Assembly (NCBI GenBank): GCA_028346125.1
Contig: JAOMEV010000002.1
Location: 23,291 to 87,290 of the forward strand
Direction of reading: 5' to 3'
DNA from: Bacteriovoracales bacterium
GTDB lineage: Bacteria > Bdellovibrionota > Bacteriovoracia > Bacteriovoracales > Bacteriovoracaceae
DNA length: 64,000 nt
Program-made: the position numbers and the translations under genes
The notes under the pieces: generated by a model
Database searches by the model: none
What the model was told of the DNA's origin: nothing
The model's input: only the letters and a program-made list of their open reading frames with translations
In this document: in pieces, positions 18,210 to 27,506 of the stretch
How positions within the stretch are numbered: the first letter of the stretch is position 1
Layout: each line of letters begins with the position of its first letter

Positions 18210-18564
18210 TGATGAGAGAAGTATTGTTGAAATGCTTGAGGAAGTTATCGAAGAGGACCAAGATTGCTTTGTAGACCGTTGTGAGAGCAGTACCCTTGCC
18301 AGTTTTATGACTAAAGGAACAAAGTATCAATTGATTATTCTAGACTTTAGAATGCCTCATAAAAATGGAGGGGAAGTCGCAGATGCGATTAGATCAAATG
18401 ATGGCCCTAATAAAGAGACCCCGATTCTTTTTATTTCTGCTTATATGGATGAGGTTAAAGAAAGAACGGAAGATTTAAAGAATGTTCATTATCTCAATAA
18501 GCCTCTTGAAATAAAAAGTCTTATGCCCACTATTTACAACATCACAGGAAAATCTTCTGGTTGA
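18187..18564 (+). CDS. single-domain response regulator receiver
   Basis: ILVVDDE, LIILDFRMPHKNG (phospho-acceptor Asp), ILFISAY, LNKP. Confidence 0.8.
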   Translation: MLAILVVDDERSIVEMLEEVIEEDQDCFVDRCESSTLASFMTKGTKYQLIILDFRMPHKNGGEVADAIRSNDGPNKETPILFISAYMDEVKERTEDLKNVHYLNKPLEIKSLMPTIYNITGKSSG

Positions 18565-18610
18565 CACTTTTTTTGGCCCGTCATAAAACATTTCTAAAAA
18601 GGGGCGAGCG

Positions 18611-19492
18611 ATGGTTTCAGCAATTTTTAATCCTGAAAAATGGACAAATGTAGAAGGTTTTGATTTTAAAGATATTACCTACCATAGAGCAGTGGGTCAG
18701 GGAACCGTCAGGATCGCGATTGATCGCCCTGAAGTGAGAAATGCCTTTAGGCCTCAAACAGTTGATGAGCTTTATATCGCACTGGACCATGCTAGGGCCT
18801 CAAGTGATGTTGGTTGTGTCCTTTTAACAGGAAATGGCCCCTCTCCTAAAGACAGCGGGTGGGCCTTTTGCTCTGGAGGGGACCAGCGTATTCGAGGCGC
18901 GGATGGCTATCAATATGAAGGCGCAGATAAGGCGAAGCTCGGACGTCTCCATATTTTAGAAGTTCAACGTTTGATCCGTTTTATGCCTAAAGTTGTGATT
19001 TGTGTGGTTCCGGGATGGGCCGTTGGAGGAGGGCATAGCCTTCATGTGGTTTGTGACCTTACGTTGGCCAGTGAAGAGCACGCTGTTTTTAAGCAGACAG
19101 ACCCCGATGTGGCCAGTTTCGATAGTGGCTATGGTTCAGCTTATCTCGCCAAACAAGTAGGACAAAAAAGGGCGAGAGAAATCTTTTTCCTTGGAAGAAA
19201 CTATTCCGCTAAAGAAGCTTTCGATATGGGAATGGTTAACAAAGTTGTACCTCATAAAGACTTAGAAGAAGAGGCCCTTTCATGGGGACAAGAAATCAAC
19301 TCAAAAAGTCCAACCGCCATGAGAATGCTTAAGTTTGGTTTTAACCTTACTGATGATGGTCTTGTGGGCCAACAGCTTTTTGCTGGAGAGGCCACCCGTT
19401 TGGCCTATGGAACAGAAGAAGCGAAAGAGGGAAGAACTTCTTTTTGTGAAAAAAGAGATAAAGATTTCTCTTCTTTTCCTTGGCATTATTAA
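18611..19492 (+). CDS. menB: 1,4-dihydroxy-2-naphthoyl-CoA synthase
   Basis: IAIDRPEVRNAFRPQTVDEL, LLTGNGPSPKDSGWAFCSGGDQRIRG, and the C-terminal FPWHY tail are typical of MenB (crotonase fold). Confidence 0.9.
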   Translation: MVSAIFNPEKWTNVEGFDFKDITYHRAVGQGTVRIAIDRPEVRNAFRPQTVDELYIALDHARASSDVGCVLLTGNGPSPKDSGWAFCSGGDQRIRGADGYQYEGADKAKLGRLHILEVQRLIRFMPKVVICVVPGWAVGGGHSLHVVCDLTLASEEHAVFKQTDPDVASFDSGYGSAYLAKQVGQKRAREIFFLGRNYSAKEAFDMGMVNKVVPHKDLEEEALSWGQEINSKSPTAMRMLKFGFNLTDDGLVGQQLFAGEATRLAYGTEEAKEGRTSFCEKRDKDFSSFPWHY

Positions 19493-21453
19493 TTTATTTC
19501 TAGTGTTTTTCCGTACGGATCAATGAGGTTAAATTTTAAGGACTTCTCGTTTAATTGACGTTGATGGGGGAGTCCTTTAACCGAATAGGCCAAATGATCA
19601 AAGGCCTTATGGGCATCATTATTCATCAAGACTTTGTAAAAAAAAGAAATAAACTTAGACCTTTGGTAAACGAGCCCCATTGTTTTTTCAAAGTCAGGGT
19701 AGAGCTTGGCAACATTCACCGCTTTTTTGAGTTTTTCCTCATCGATTTGATCAATTCTTCGCACCAGAAAAATATATTCAAAAATGTTTCGGTAAATTTT
19801 ATGAAGGTCTTCTTTTTTCTCTTTGAGAGAGGTTAAAATTTCATCTTTTATTTTGTAATTAATGGGAGAGATGATTTCAATGACTTGAGCGTAGAGAATA
19901 AGTTGTTCGATAATTTGACAGAGTTTTTCAGACGTTTCAACTTGAACATTTAATTTGGCATTTTCTATGTCTTTAATCCAAATGTTAATATCAGGGATAA
20001 TATCGCTGATATTTTTTTGAAGAACATCAAAACCTTTTAAACTATCTTTGAGGTAAAGATGGAACTCTAAAATTCCTTCAAAAAAGTGCTCTTTAGGATA
20101 GGTATCAGAAAGAGGGGATATAAAATCCTCAAAAAGGCCCATGGATTTTTCAATGGCCTGTTCAATTTTTTCAGGGACCTTGTCGCCTTCTTTTTTGGAA
20201 AGAATTTCTTTTATAAAAAAGAATTTATTTTGATCAGTGAAGGCCTGGTAGTGGTAATGATTGTACTCTGTCACATCTTCGACAATAACCATAAGCTTTT
20301 CAATCAGGTCATTTGGGCCACAAAGAGGGGAATAAGAAATTTTAAAAATACTTCCCCCCTGTTTTTTGGAATGGAAGTTTGTAACTTGAGAGGGGAGTTT
20401 GTCTTCAAGGGCCAAAAATTGGATTTTACTCTGGCCAAAAATCATGAGGAGAGAACTTGTGAGGTCGACAAATTGCTGGGTTCCTCTTTTAAATTGAGAA
20501 TAAAGAACCTCAGAGACTTTTTTCCCTTCTATTTTTTCACCAAAGAGGTGTTCAGCAAATTGGGAGACGGGGGGTAAAATAATAAAGTTAGAATCAATGG
20601 CAAAAATGGCACTTTTCATATTGTTCATATATTCAGAAATTTCTTTGGTTCTTATTTCGACCTTTTTCTCTAGTAAAGTATTTGTTCCTTGTAATTTTTT
20701 ATTCACATCCCAAACTTTATCTAAGGAGATTAAGACATCTTCTTTGGCTTGATTGAGATTTGAAATCATTTCGTTCATTGAGGATTCAATAACGGTGAAC
20801 TCATTTTTTTCACCTTTTTTAAAGCCCAAAGAAAACTTTTCCATATGATGGAAATCCAGCTTTTCAGCAGCGTTTGCCAATTTTAGAAAGGGTTTAATTA
20901 AAATGGCCCTGAAGGCGAAGATAAGAAGGGCAATGAGAAGAATCGTTTTTAAAAGACCTGCGAGGATAATGAGAATAAACCCGTAACGAATACGAGTAAG
21001 AACGACATCGTCACCGGAGTAAAGATATAATGTTCCAACCTTTGTCTCCTGAGAGTTTGCTCTATGAGTGAGTTCATATTTCAAACGAAACATTTTTTCG
21101 GGGTCAAACTTTTTGCCAAAGGTGAAGGGTTTTACCCTGCTTTCGTGGTCGACTTTGACTCCTAAGATAATGGGCGATTTAGTAAGACCTTTTAGAATTT
21201 TTTTCGTGGACACTTCATCAAAATTATAAAGAGAAAGGGAAAGACTATCGATATTTGTTTGGGCAACAATATCGACTTCATTAATAAGGTCATTTTGAAT
21301 AGCACTGTATTCAGCTATCATTTGAGAAATCGTGATCACGAGAGTAACAACTATATAAATAGAGAAGACTGCCTTGATCAGCTTCAAACCTATGGAGTGT
21401 TTTAAAGGAAAAGTCTCACTTTTCATTTCGTACTCTTTTACGAGAAATATCAA
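19489..21453 (-). CDS. membrane sensor (2 TM + periplasmic domain + HAMP) carrying the same PAS-like + helical C-terminal module as the two 7TMR-DISM receptors
   Basis: HAMP-like FRAILIKPFLKLANAAEKL. IRTKEI signalling helix. SAIFAIDSNFIILPPVSQFAEHLF. NIFEYIFLVRRIDQIDEEKL...LIDPYGKTL. Collinear with the C-termini of 5061..7589 and 9231..11738. Confidence 0.7.
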   Translation of the reverse strand: MIFLVKEYEMKSETFPLKHSIGLKLIKAVFSIYIVVTLVITISQMIAEYSAIQNDLINEVDIVAQTNIDSLSLSLYNFDEVSTKKILKGLTKSPIILGVKVDHESRVKPFTFGKKFDPEKMFRLKYELTHRANSQETKVGTLYLYSGDDVVLTRIRYGFILIILAGLLKTILLIALLIFAFRAILIKPFLKLANAAEKLDFHHMEKFSLGFKKGEKNEFTVIESSMNEMISNLNQAKEDVLISLDKVWDVNKKLQGTNTLLEKKVEIRTKEISEYMNNMKSAIFAIDSNFIILPPVSQFAEHLFGEKIEGKKVSEVLYSQFKRGTQQFVDLTSSLLMIFGQSKIQFLALEDKLPSQVTNFHSKKQGGSIFKISYSPLCGPNDLIEKLMVIVEDVTEYNHYHYQAFTDQNKFFFIKEILSKKEGDKVPEKIEQAIEKSMGLFEDFISPLSDTYPKEHFFEGILEFHLYLKDSLKGFDVLQKNISDIIPDINIWIKDIENAKLNVQVETSEKLCQIIEQLILYAQVIEIISPINYKIKDEILTSLKEKKEDLHKIYRNIFEYIFLVRRIDQIDEEKLKKAVNVAKLYPDFEKTMGLVYQRSKFISFFYKVLMNNDAHKAFDHLAYSVKGLPHQRQLNEKSLKFNLIDPYGKTLEIN

Positions 21454-21495
21454 TTGGTTATCGGAAAAATTGAAGGCCCAAATTAATTTGTTTTG

Positions 21496-21723
21496 TCAGT
21501 AAACAACTTTTTTGGATGTCTGGTAATGGGTTTTGATGAAATCAAGAAAGTGGGGTTTTCTTTCTAAAATGTCTTTTTGAGAAATATTGTTTTTTTGAAG
21601 TTCTTTTTCCCAGAGTGAACAATAGGAGCCAACAAGAAACACCAAGTTCTCATTAGCAACATCTCCTCCTTTGAAGCTAACAGCATGGGTAAGGTAAGTG
21701 ATGAGGTTTTTATTATCTCCCAT
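21496..21723 (-). CDS. hypothetical small protein
   Basis: 75-aa ORF in an otherwise empty gap, same strand as its neighbours. No family recognised. Confidence 0.35.
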   Translation of the reverse strand: MGDNKNLITYLTHAVSFKGGDVANENLVFLVGSYCSLWEKELQKNNISQKDILERKPHFLDFIKTHYQTSKKVVY

Positions 21724-21829
21724 GCTGATTATTATACACTGATTTACATAATTAATTAAACGGCGTTTAATGGTTTGTTTGATTTTATTAAAATCTATAA
21801 TGAAAACAGATACTTAGGGTCAATATTTT

Positions 21830-22588
21830 TTAAGGTGACCAAAAAAGAGGCACTTTAAGCTCTGGAAAAATGTTTAAGCTTCCAAGCGGTACTCCCAGCA
21901 GGTTGTCTTGAATAGTATTGCCTGTAATGGCGAGCTGGTGGAAGGTCGGTCCTTGGGGGTAAACTCTGTTAAAATTATTTTTCCATCCTTTGGGAAAAAT
22001 AAGGTCTTGAAAAGGGACCAAAGAAGTGTCGACGTTAAAAAGAGCATTCTTTCTAAGAGACCATACGAAGTTTCTTTTCTTGAAAGAGAGTGTTTTGTAA
22101 CTGAACTTTTTTCCTTTTAAAATATCCTTTTTATGTTTCGTGGCGATCATGGATTTCAAAGAAGTATCACTTAAATCATAGGGGTATTCCTGGGCATGGA
22201 AGACCAAGAGAAGGTCGTTCTCAAAAAAACTAAGATGGGCGTGGAAAAGGTCTGTGGAATTTAAGGTAATGGAGAGTCCGTTTTCTTTGGCATATTGAAA
22301 AATTTTGTAAAAAATGTGAGTGAAGTAATCCTCTACATTTTTTTTGAAAAGAAAGGCATAGGGGCGAGAGCTTCCCCAGCTTAAAATTTCAGGGTGAAAA
22401 AGGGTCGTTTTGTCTTTGGAAATATTGTGGAGGAAGGACCTTTTATTATGAGCAGTGAGGAGATTTTTAATTGAAGGAGGTGCTGATTTATCTAGAGTGA
22501 TGGCCTCTTTTTGAAAAAGAAGGTTCAATATTTTTTTAGGACTTGAAAAGGCACTGGTAGAAATTAGAAAAAAAAGCAAAAATCTCAT
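21830..22588 (-). CDS. secreted hypothetical protein
   Basis: Signal peptide MRFLLFFLISTSAFS. No family recognised. Confidence 0.5.
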   Translation of the reverse strand: MRFLLFFLISTSAFSSPKKILNLLFQKEAITLDKSAPPSIKNLLTAHNKRSFLHNISKDKTTLFHPEILSWGSSRPYAFLFKKNVEDYFTHIFYKIFQYAKENGLSITLNSTDLFHAHLSFFENDLLLVFHAQEYPYDLSDTSLKSMIATKHKKDILKGKKFSYKTLSFKKRNFVWSLRKNALFNVDTSLVPFQDLIFPKGWKNNFNRVYPQGPTFHQLAITGNTIQDNLLGVPLGSLNIFPELKVPLFWSP

Positions 22589-22596
22589 CGTCCTTC

Positions 22597-23400
22597 CTAA
22601 TAAAGATCAAAATTCATATGGTAAACTTCTACTTCAGCATCAGGGTCTTCAGGGCCCACCATTTTTTGGGCCTCAACGACAAACTTTTTGAAAAGGTCTC
22701 GGATTTCCTTTTTTTTCTCCTCTGTAGTACTGAATAGAGTCGAAAATTGCCAGTCATGGCCCTTTTTTTGGCCTTTTTGGAGGTGGTTTATGGATTCAAG
22801 TCGCCAATTGATGAGGTTGTGCTTGTGCATTTTGTGAGATTCATCAATATGAATGCTTCTATTGATGACTTCTAATCCATCATTTTCTATAACGAGGTTT
22901 AGTTTTATGAGAGTCCGGATTTCCTTATCAATGACCGCTGGATCTAAGTGAAGGGCCTTTGCTATAAGTTTAGGTTTATTTCTATACTTTTGAATCGTGA
23001 GATACATGAGAATAAGGGCGGTTAAAGGGCTTTGATAGTATTCCTCTTTCTCTTGTTCGGACATGGTTAAATTAAGGTCTTTCAGATTGGAAAGGACTTT
23101 TTGTTTTTCGTTTCTGATGGCCACTATTTTTTTATCAACATAATCAGCATGATTTTTTACTGAGCTTGAGTCCCTTTCACCCAGAAGAAGGAGAAAATCA
23201 AGCTCCCAGCCGGTAAGGTTCAGGGCCTTACCTATGAGGTAAAGCTGTTCTTGTGAAAAATCGGCCCTTTCGTTCATAACCCTTGAAAAATAGGAGCTAT
23301 GAATGTTGGTTATCTGGCAAATTTGCCGGAAAGTGAGGCCTTCTCTTTTGGAGAGGGATTTAATGAGTTCTCGGTAGTGGTCAAAGGTGCTTAAGTTCAT
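22597..23400 (-). CDS. HTH-containing protein resembling the TIGR02147 / DUF4423 family
   Basis: N-terminal XRE-like HTH (LTFRQICQITNIHSSYFSRVMNERADFSQEQLYLIGKAL) followed by about 170 aa. The architecture is as recalled for TIGR02147 proteins. Family assignment is from memory only. Confidence 0.5.
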   Translation of the reverse strand: MNLSTFDHYRELIKSLSKREGLTFRQICQITNIHSSYFSRVMNERADFSQEQLYLIGKALNLTGWELDFLLLLGERDSSSVKNHADYVDKKIVAIRNEKQKVLSNLKDLNLTMSEQEKEEYYQSPLTALILMYLTIQKYRNKPKLIAKALHLDPAVIDKEIRTLIKLNLVIENDGLEVINRSIHIDESHKMHKHNLINWRLESINHLQKGQKKGHDWQFSTLFSTTEEKKKEIRDLFKKFVVEAQKMVGPEDPDAEVEVYHMNFDLY

Positions 23401-23502
23401 GGTTTACCTTTAGTACACTTTTTTCACAAAATAAATTTATTTTTAGTATTCAGGTGCATTTTATATAGGCCAAATAGTACTAACACTAACCAGGAGAAAA
23501 AA

Positions 23503-23904
23503 ATGAAAAAAGTGTTATTTGGAATTTTGGCGATGATGACTGTTTTGAGTGTTCAGGCACGGCCTGGATTTTTTCTAGGAAGCGTTTCCCTTACGGATAG
23601 GAAAGATGTTGATGTTATTCATCTTCGTTCTTGTCGTACAAGATCTAACCGTCCCGTTTCACAGATTAAGCTTAAAGTAAAAAAGGTCCCAGCTGAAATT
23701 GATAGACTTAAAGTGATTTTTCAAAATGGTGGGCAACAGGAAATTTACGTGAGAGACCATTTCAAATCTTTTAGTGGATCACGATGGATCGACCTAAGAG
23801 GACAAAGAAGATGTATCAAAAAGATTATTGTTAGAGGAGATGCTGACACTTGGAGAAGAACAGGATTTAGAAAGCAGGCCAAAGTCCTCTTCTTTGGAAG
23901 GTAG
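23503..23904 (+). CDS. small secreted protein, possibly DUF2541 (YaaI)-like
   Basis: Signal peptide MKKVLFGILAMMTVLSVQA. The layout CR..(V)SQIKLKV...LKVIFQNG...WIDL...RRCIKKIIVRGD resembles E. coli YaaI (CRIVKRIQLSA...WININ...RCVSKITFSG) as recalled. Confidence 0.4.
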   Translation: MKKVLFGILAMMTVLSVQARPGFFLGSVSLTDRKDVDVIHLRSCRTRSNRPVSQIKLKVKKVPAEIDRLKVIFQNGGQQEIYVRDHFKSFSGSRWIDLRGQRRCIKKIIVRGDADTWRRTGFRKQAKVLFFGR

Positions 23905-23912
23905 TACTAGTT

Positions 23913-23934
23913 AGACCTCCCTTTCGGGAGGTCT
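23913..23934. terminator. bidirectional stem-loop between convergent genes
   Basis: AGACCTCCC-TTTC-GGGAGGTCT is a perfect 9-bp GC-rich stem in the 36-bp gap between 23904 and 23941. Confidence 0.6.
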
Positions 23935-23940
23935 TCCTTA

Positions 23941-25536
23941 TTATAGTGAAGGTTGTGTGGTTCTTTGTGCTTTTATGATGGGTGCCCCTTTTTTATAGGT
24001 CTCATAAAATGCTGGAAACTTTCTCATTTTTTGATGGAAAGAAAGGGCCAACTCTCTTGCCTTATTGTCATATTCATCCAGATTGGCCCAGGATTTTTTA
24101 GGATTTAAGAGGTTGGTTTCAACACCTTCAAGTTCTCTTGGAATTTGAAGTCCAAAAATAGGCTCTTGAACGATTTCTACATCTTTAAGGTTATCTTTTT
24201 GAATTGACCTTATAATTTGTCTCGTGACTTTGATTGGGAAACGCTCTCCAACTCCGTAAACGCCGCCTGTCCAACCGGTGTTTACGAGCCAAACCTGGAT
24301 ATTGTGTTTTTCAATGTAGTGGCCAAGAAGTTCTGCATAAACACTTGGGTGCCTAAGCATAAAAGGAGCTCCAAAGCAGGGGCTGAAGGTTGCTTGAGGT
24401 TCTTTAACTCCAACTTCTGTACCTGCGACTTTTGCTGTGTATCCTAAAACAAAATAGAACATGGCCTGTTCTTTTGTAAGCTTCGCTACGGGAGGAAGAA
24501 CGCCGAAGGCATCTGCTGTGAGAAAAAAGATCTGTTTTGGAAGTGGCCCTTGAGAAGAATCTTTGATCCCATCAATAAAGCTTAAGGGGTAACTTGAGCG
24601 TCCGTTTTCAGAAAGGGACTTGTCATCAAAATCAACTTCTTTTGTGACTGGGTCCATAACGACGTTTTCGAGCATATTGCCAAACTTGTTGCAAGCGCTC
24701 CAAATACCTGGCTCAGCTTCTTTAGAAAGTTTATAGGTTTTGGCGTAACAACCACCTTCGAAGTTAAAAACACCCTCGTCGTAAAGAGCGTGCTCATCAT
24801 CTCCAATGAGGAGACGACCTTCGTCTGTTGAAAGGGTTGTTTTTCCAGTTCCTGAAAGACCAAAGAAAACAGATGGACCTTGTGGCCCCTCATTTGCTCC
24901 AGCGTGCATGGGGAGGATACCCTTTTCAGGAAGCTCGTAATTAAGAATAGAAAACATGGATTTTTTTATTTCACCAGCATAGAAGGTTCCAATGATGATG
25001 GTGATTTTTTGTTCAAAGCAGGTTGTAATAACCGTGTTTGCACGGAGTTCTTGGAATTTTTCAGGGTCTATTTCTAGGCCTGGAACATGAAGAATGGTAA
25101 AGTCATCCTGGTTGAGTTCTCGAATTTTATCTCTGAAAAGGTGATTGCTAAAAAGAGCGGCGGAAGGTCTTGAAGTGATAAGTCTTGCGCCGACATTATG
25201 AGTTTTATGAGCACCCACGCTTCTCTCTGTTATGAAAAGGTCAGTCTGTTCGTTGAGATAATCTATAGCGAGTTTTTTGAGGGCGTTAAATGTCTCAGTG
25301 GACATTTCTCTAAGAGCATTTTCCCACCAGACATTTTTTTCAGTTTTCTGGGTTTTCACAACGTATTTATCTTTAGCGGCCCGGCCTGTAAAAGAGCCAG
25401 TTTTAACAACCAGAGAACCATTTTTACTCAGTTCACCGTGACCTAAGGAAACAGCTTTTTCAACAAGAACCTTATCTTCTGCGTTGATGCAGGCTTCTTT
25501 TTTGAACTTGAGGCCAAGCTCTTTATAAAAGTCCAT
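23941..25536 (-). CDS. pckA: phosphoenolpyruvate carboxykinase (ATP)
   Basis: GLSGTGKTTLS (P-loop), IGDDEH, FNFEGGCYAK, and length 531 aa are typical of PckA. Confidence 0.92.
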   Translation of the reverse strand: MDFYKELGLKFKKEACINAEDKVLVEKAVSLGHGELSKNGSLVVKTGSFTGRAAKDKYVVKTQKTEKNVWWENALREMSTETFNALKKLAIDYLNEQTDLFITERSVGAHKTHNVGARLITSRPSAALFSNHLFRDKIRELNQDDFTILHVPGLEIDPEKFQELRANTVITTCFEQKITIIIGTFYAGEIKKSMFSILNYELPEKGILPMHAGANEGPQGPSVFFGLSGTGKTTLSTDEGRLLIGDDEHALYDEGVFNFEGGCYAKTYKLSKEAEPGIWSACNKFGNMLENVVMDPVTKEVDFDDKSLSENGRSSYPLSFIDGIKDSSQGPLPKQIFFLTADAFGVLPPVAKLTKEQAMFYFVLGYTAKVAGTEVGVKEPQATFSPCFGAPFMLRHPSVYAELLGHYIEKHNIQVWLVNTGWTGGVYGVGERFPIKVTRQIIRSIQKDNLKDVEIVQEPIFGLQIPRELEGVETNLLNPKKSWANLDEYDNKARELALSFHQKMRKFPAFYETYKKGAPIIKAQRTTQPSL

Positions 25537-25675
25537 TGAATCCCCCCGTGAGAAATGACTTTTCTCAAAACTTATTAAATTATCTTAAAATAACTCCGCT
25601 GATTCTGCATAAGCAAGATAAAAACTTGAAGGTTTACGAAATAATTTGTATGCGTAGCGAAATTTGGGTAGGGGC

Positions 25676-26086
25676 TTAATTATTGCTGCAGAGGTTTTGG
25701 ATTTTTTCGTAGAGGATATGGGCAGAAAAGGGCTTCCCAATATACCCATTGACGCCTGCTTGTACGGCAAGAACGACATTTCCCTGCTTGGTTTCATTGG
25801 TAATCATTAAAAAGGGAACATCTTTTATTTCTCCATCCATGCCCCTGACTGCTTTTAAAAGGTCAAGGCCGGTCATCCCCGGCATATTCCAATCAGATAT
25901 AATAAGGTCAAAGTTTACACCAAGTTCAATACCTGTCTTGATAAGGTTGAGGGCCTTTGTTCCATCATGGGCCTCATTAAAGTTGGTAAAGCCCAAAGAG
26001 ATGAGGTGTTTTTTAAGAATTCTTCTCATTGTGACCATATCGTCAACAATAAGAATTTTGAGATCCTTGCTTACTTCATCTCCCAT
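25676..26086 (-). CDS. CheY-like single-domain response regulator
   Basis: ILIVDDMVTMRRIL, LIISDWNMPGMTGLDLLKAVR, AGVNGYIGKPFS closely follow the CheY pattern. No che operon is in the window. Confidence 0.85.
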   Translation of the reverse strand: MGDEVSKDLKILIVDDMVTMRRILKKHLISLGFTNFNEAHDGTKALNLIKTGIELGVNFDLIISDWNMPGMTGLDLLKAVRGMDGEIKDVPFLMITNETKQGNVVLAVQAGVNGYIGKPFSAHILYEKIQNLCSNN

Positions 26087-26296
26087 TTTGGATTCTCCTT
26101 GAGCCCCGGATGTGAAAATGGAGCACGGCTATTCTTGAGTATAGCTTCGGTTAGTTTTTTTCTCAATTTAAGCAATAATTCCCTTTTTGGTGATGCGCAT
26201 TAAAATTGTCAGTTTTTTTATTTTGATTTCAGGTTGTATTTACACTAAAACGTAAAAGAAATAGAATGAGGGGAGCCGTTCCGAGAGGAGTACGAT

Positions 26297-26590
26297 ATGC
26301 ATAGACACATTGCTAAGATTGTAAGAGAAAAAAGGTTGGCCTTAGTAGCGAAACTTACTGAAGTTGAGCTATCTAAACGGTTAAACTGTGAAGACAGTTT
26401 TATCGAACGAGTTGAAAGTGGTGAATGTTCCATCTTTCCCAAATTATTAAGGCCACTTTGCAAGGAACTTGATGTTTCCCCTGAAGAAGTGGTTGAGGCC
26501 ATTATTCAGGACCAGAAAGAAAACATTGAAAAAAGCTCTACAGTGAAAGCAAAAATTGGAAAGAAATTCTCTGTTGATCTGACTCCCTGA
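26297..26590 (+). CDS. XRE-family helix-turn-helix protein
   Basis: KRLALVAKLTEVELSKRLNCEDSFIERVESGE is an HTH_3-like pattern. Confidence 0.6.
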   Translation: MHRHIAKIVREKRLALVAKLTEVELSKRLNCEDSFIERVESGECSIFPKLLRPLCKELDVSPEEVVEAIIQDQKENIEKSSTVKAKIGKKFSVDLTP

Positions 26591-26609
26591 ACTCACCCAG
26601 GAGACGAAA

Positions 26610-27503
26610 ATGAATGAGGTTAGAGTTGTCTTGAGCGTAGACTGGGAAGGCCGAGAGCTCGATGAAAAAAACCTAGAGGCCATGATTGCTTTTAGAGAGG
26701 AATTCAAAGAGGCCGCAACCCTCCATTTTCTGAATGCCGCTTATTTCACCAAAAAAAATGCAAATCCCGAACTCGTTAGAAAAAAAATTGTTTCCGTCCT
26801 GAGAAAAGGTGATGAACACGGCCTTCACATTCATGGCTGGAAAAGCCTTTTTGAACAGTCAAATGTTACTTATAGGTACCGTCCAAGTTGGATGTGCGAA
26901 AGACCTGTCCCCCCTGTCAGCGATGGGCCAGACTGTGGACATGATGTTCCTATTAGTTCTTACAGCGTTACAGAATTGAGGAGTGTTATTCAGTATAGTC
27001 TTGATGTCTTTAAAAGATATGACTTTTCCAGACCTTTTGGTTTTAGAGCAGGAGGTTGGATGGCCACCCAAGAAGTCCTTGAAGCTGTTCAAAAAGAAGG
27101 GTTTCTTTTTGACAGTTCCGCAGTTCCCTCAATCTTTCTAAAGGACAAGAGAAAAGTTCCTATTCTTCATGACTGGCTCGAGCCCCTATGGCCAGATATA
27201 ACACAAACAACTCAGCCTTACGTCATTTTAGAAGGCCCGAACCCTCTTTGGGAAGTCCCAGACAATGGTTGTCTGGCCGATTATATGACTGGTGATGAAA
27301 TGTTTTGGGTCTTTAAGCAAAATTGGGAGACCCTCAAAGATAAAAAATTAAAAGATAATACAATAACAGTTTCTCTGGGCTACCATCAGGAAACTGCCGC
27401 TAAATACCTTCCCAGGCTTTCTGATGGCCTAAAAAAAATTAGTAAGTTTTGCAAAAGGGAAGGAATCCCTTGGAGATTTGGTCCCCTTCCTCTGGAGATT
27501 TAA
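26610..27503 (+). CDS. hypothetical protein, possibly a divergent polysaccharide-deacetylase-fold (CE4-like) enzyme
   Basis: VVLSVDWEG and HGLHIHGW loosely resemble NodB motifs 1 and 2. This is a weak assignment. Confidence 0.35.
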   Translation: MNEVRVVLSVDWEGRELDEKNLEAMIAFREEFKEAATLHFLNAAYFTKKNANPELVRKKIVSVLRKGDEHGLHIHGWKSLFEQSNVTYRYRPSWMCERPVPPVSDGPDCGHDVPISSYSVTELRSVIQYSLDVFKRYDFSRPFGFRAGGWMATQEVLEAVQKEGFLFDSSAVPSIFLKDKRKVPILHDWLEPLWPDITQTTQPYVILEGPNPLWEVPDNGCLADYMTGDEMFWVFKQNWETLKDKKLKDNTITVSLGYHQETAAKYLPRLSDGLKKISKFCKREGIPWRFGPLPLEI

Positions 27504-27506
27504 AAA

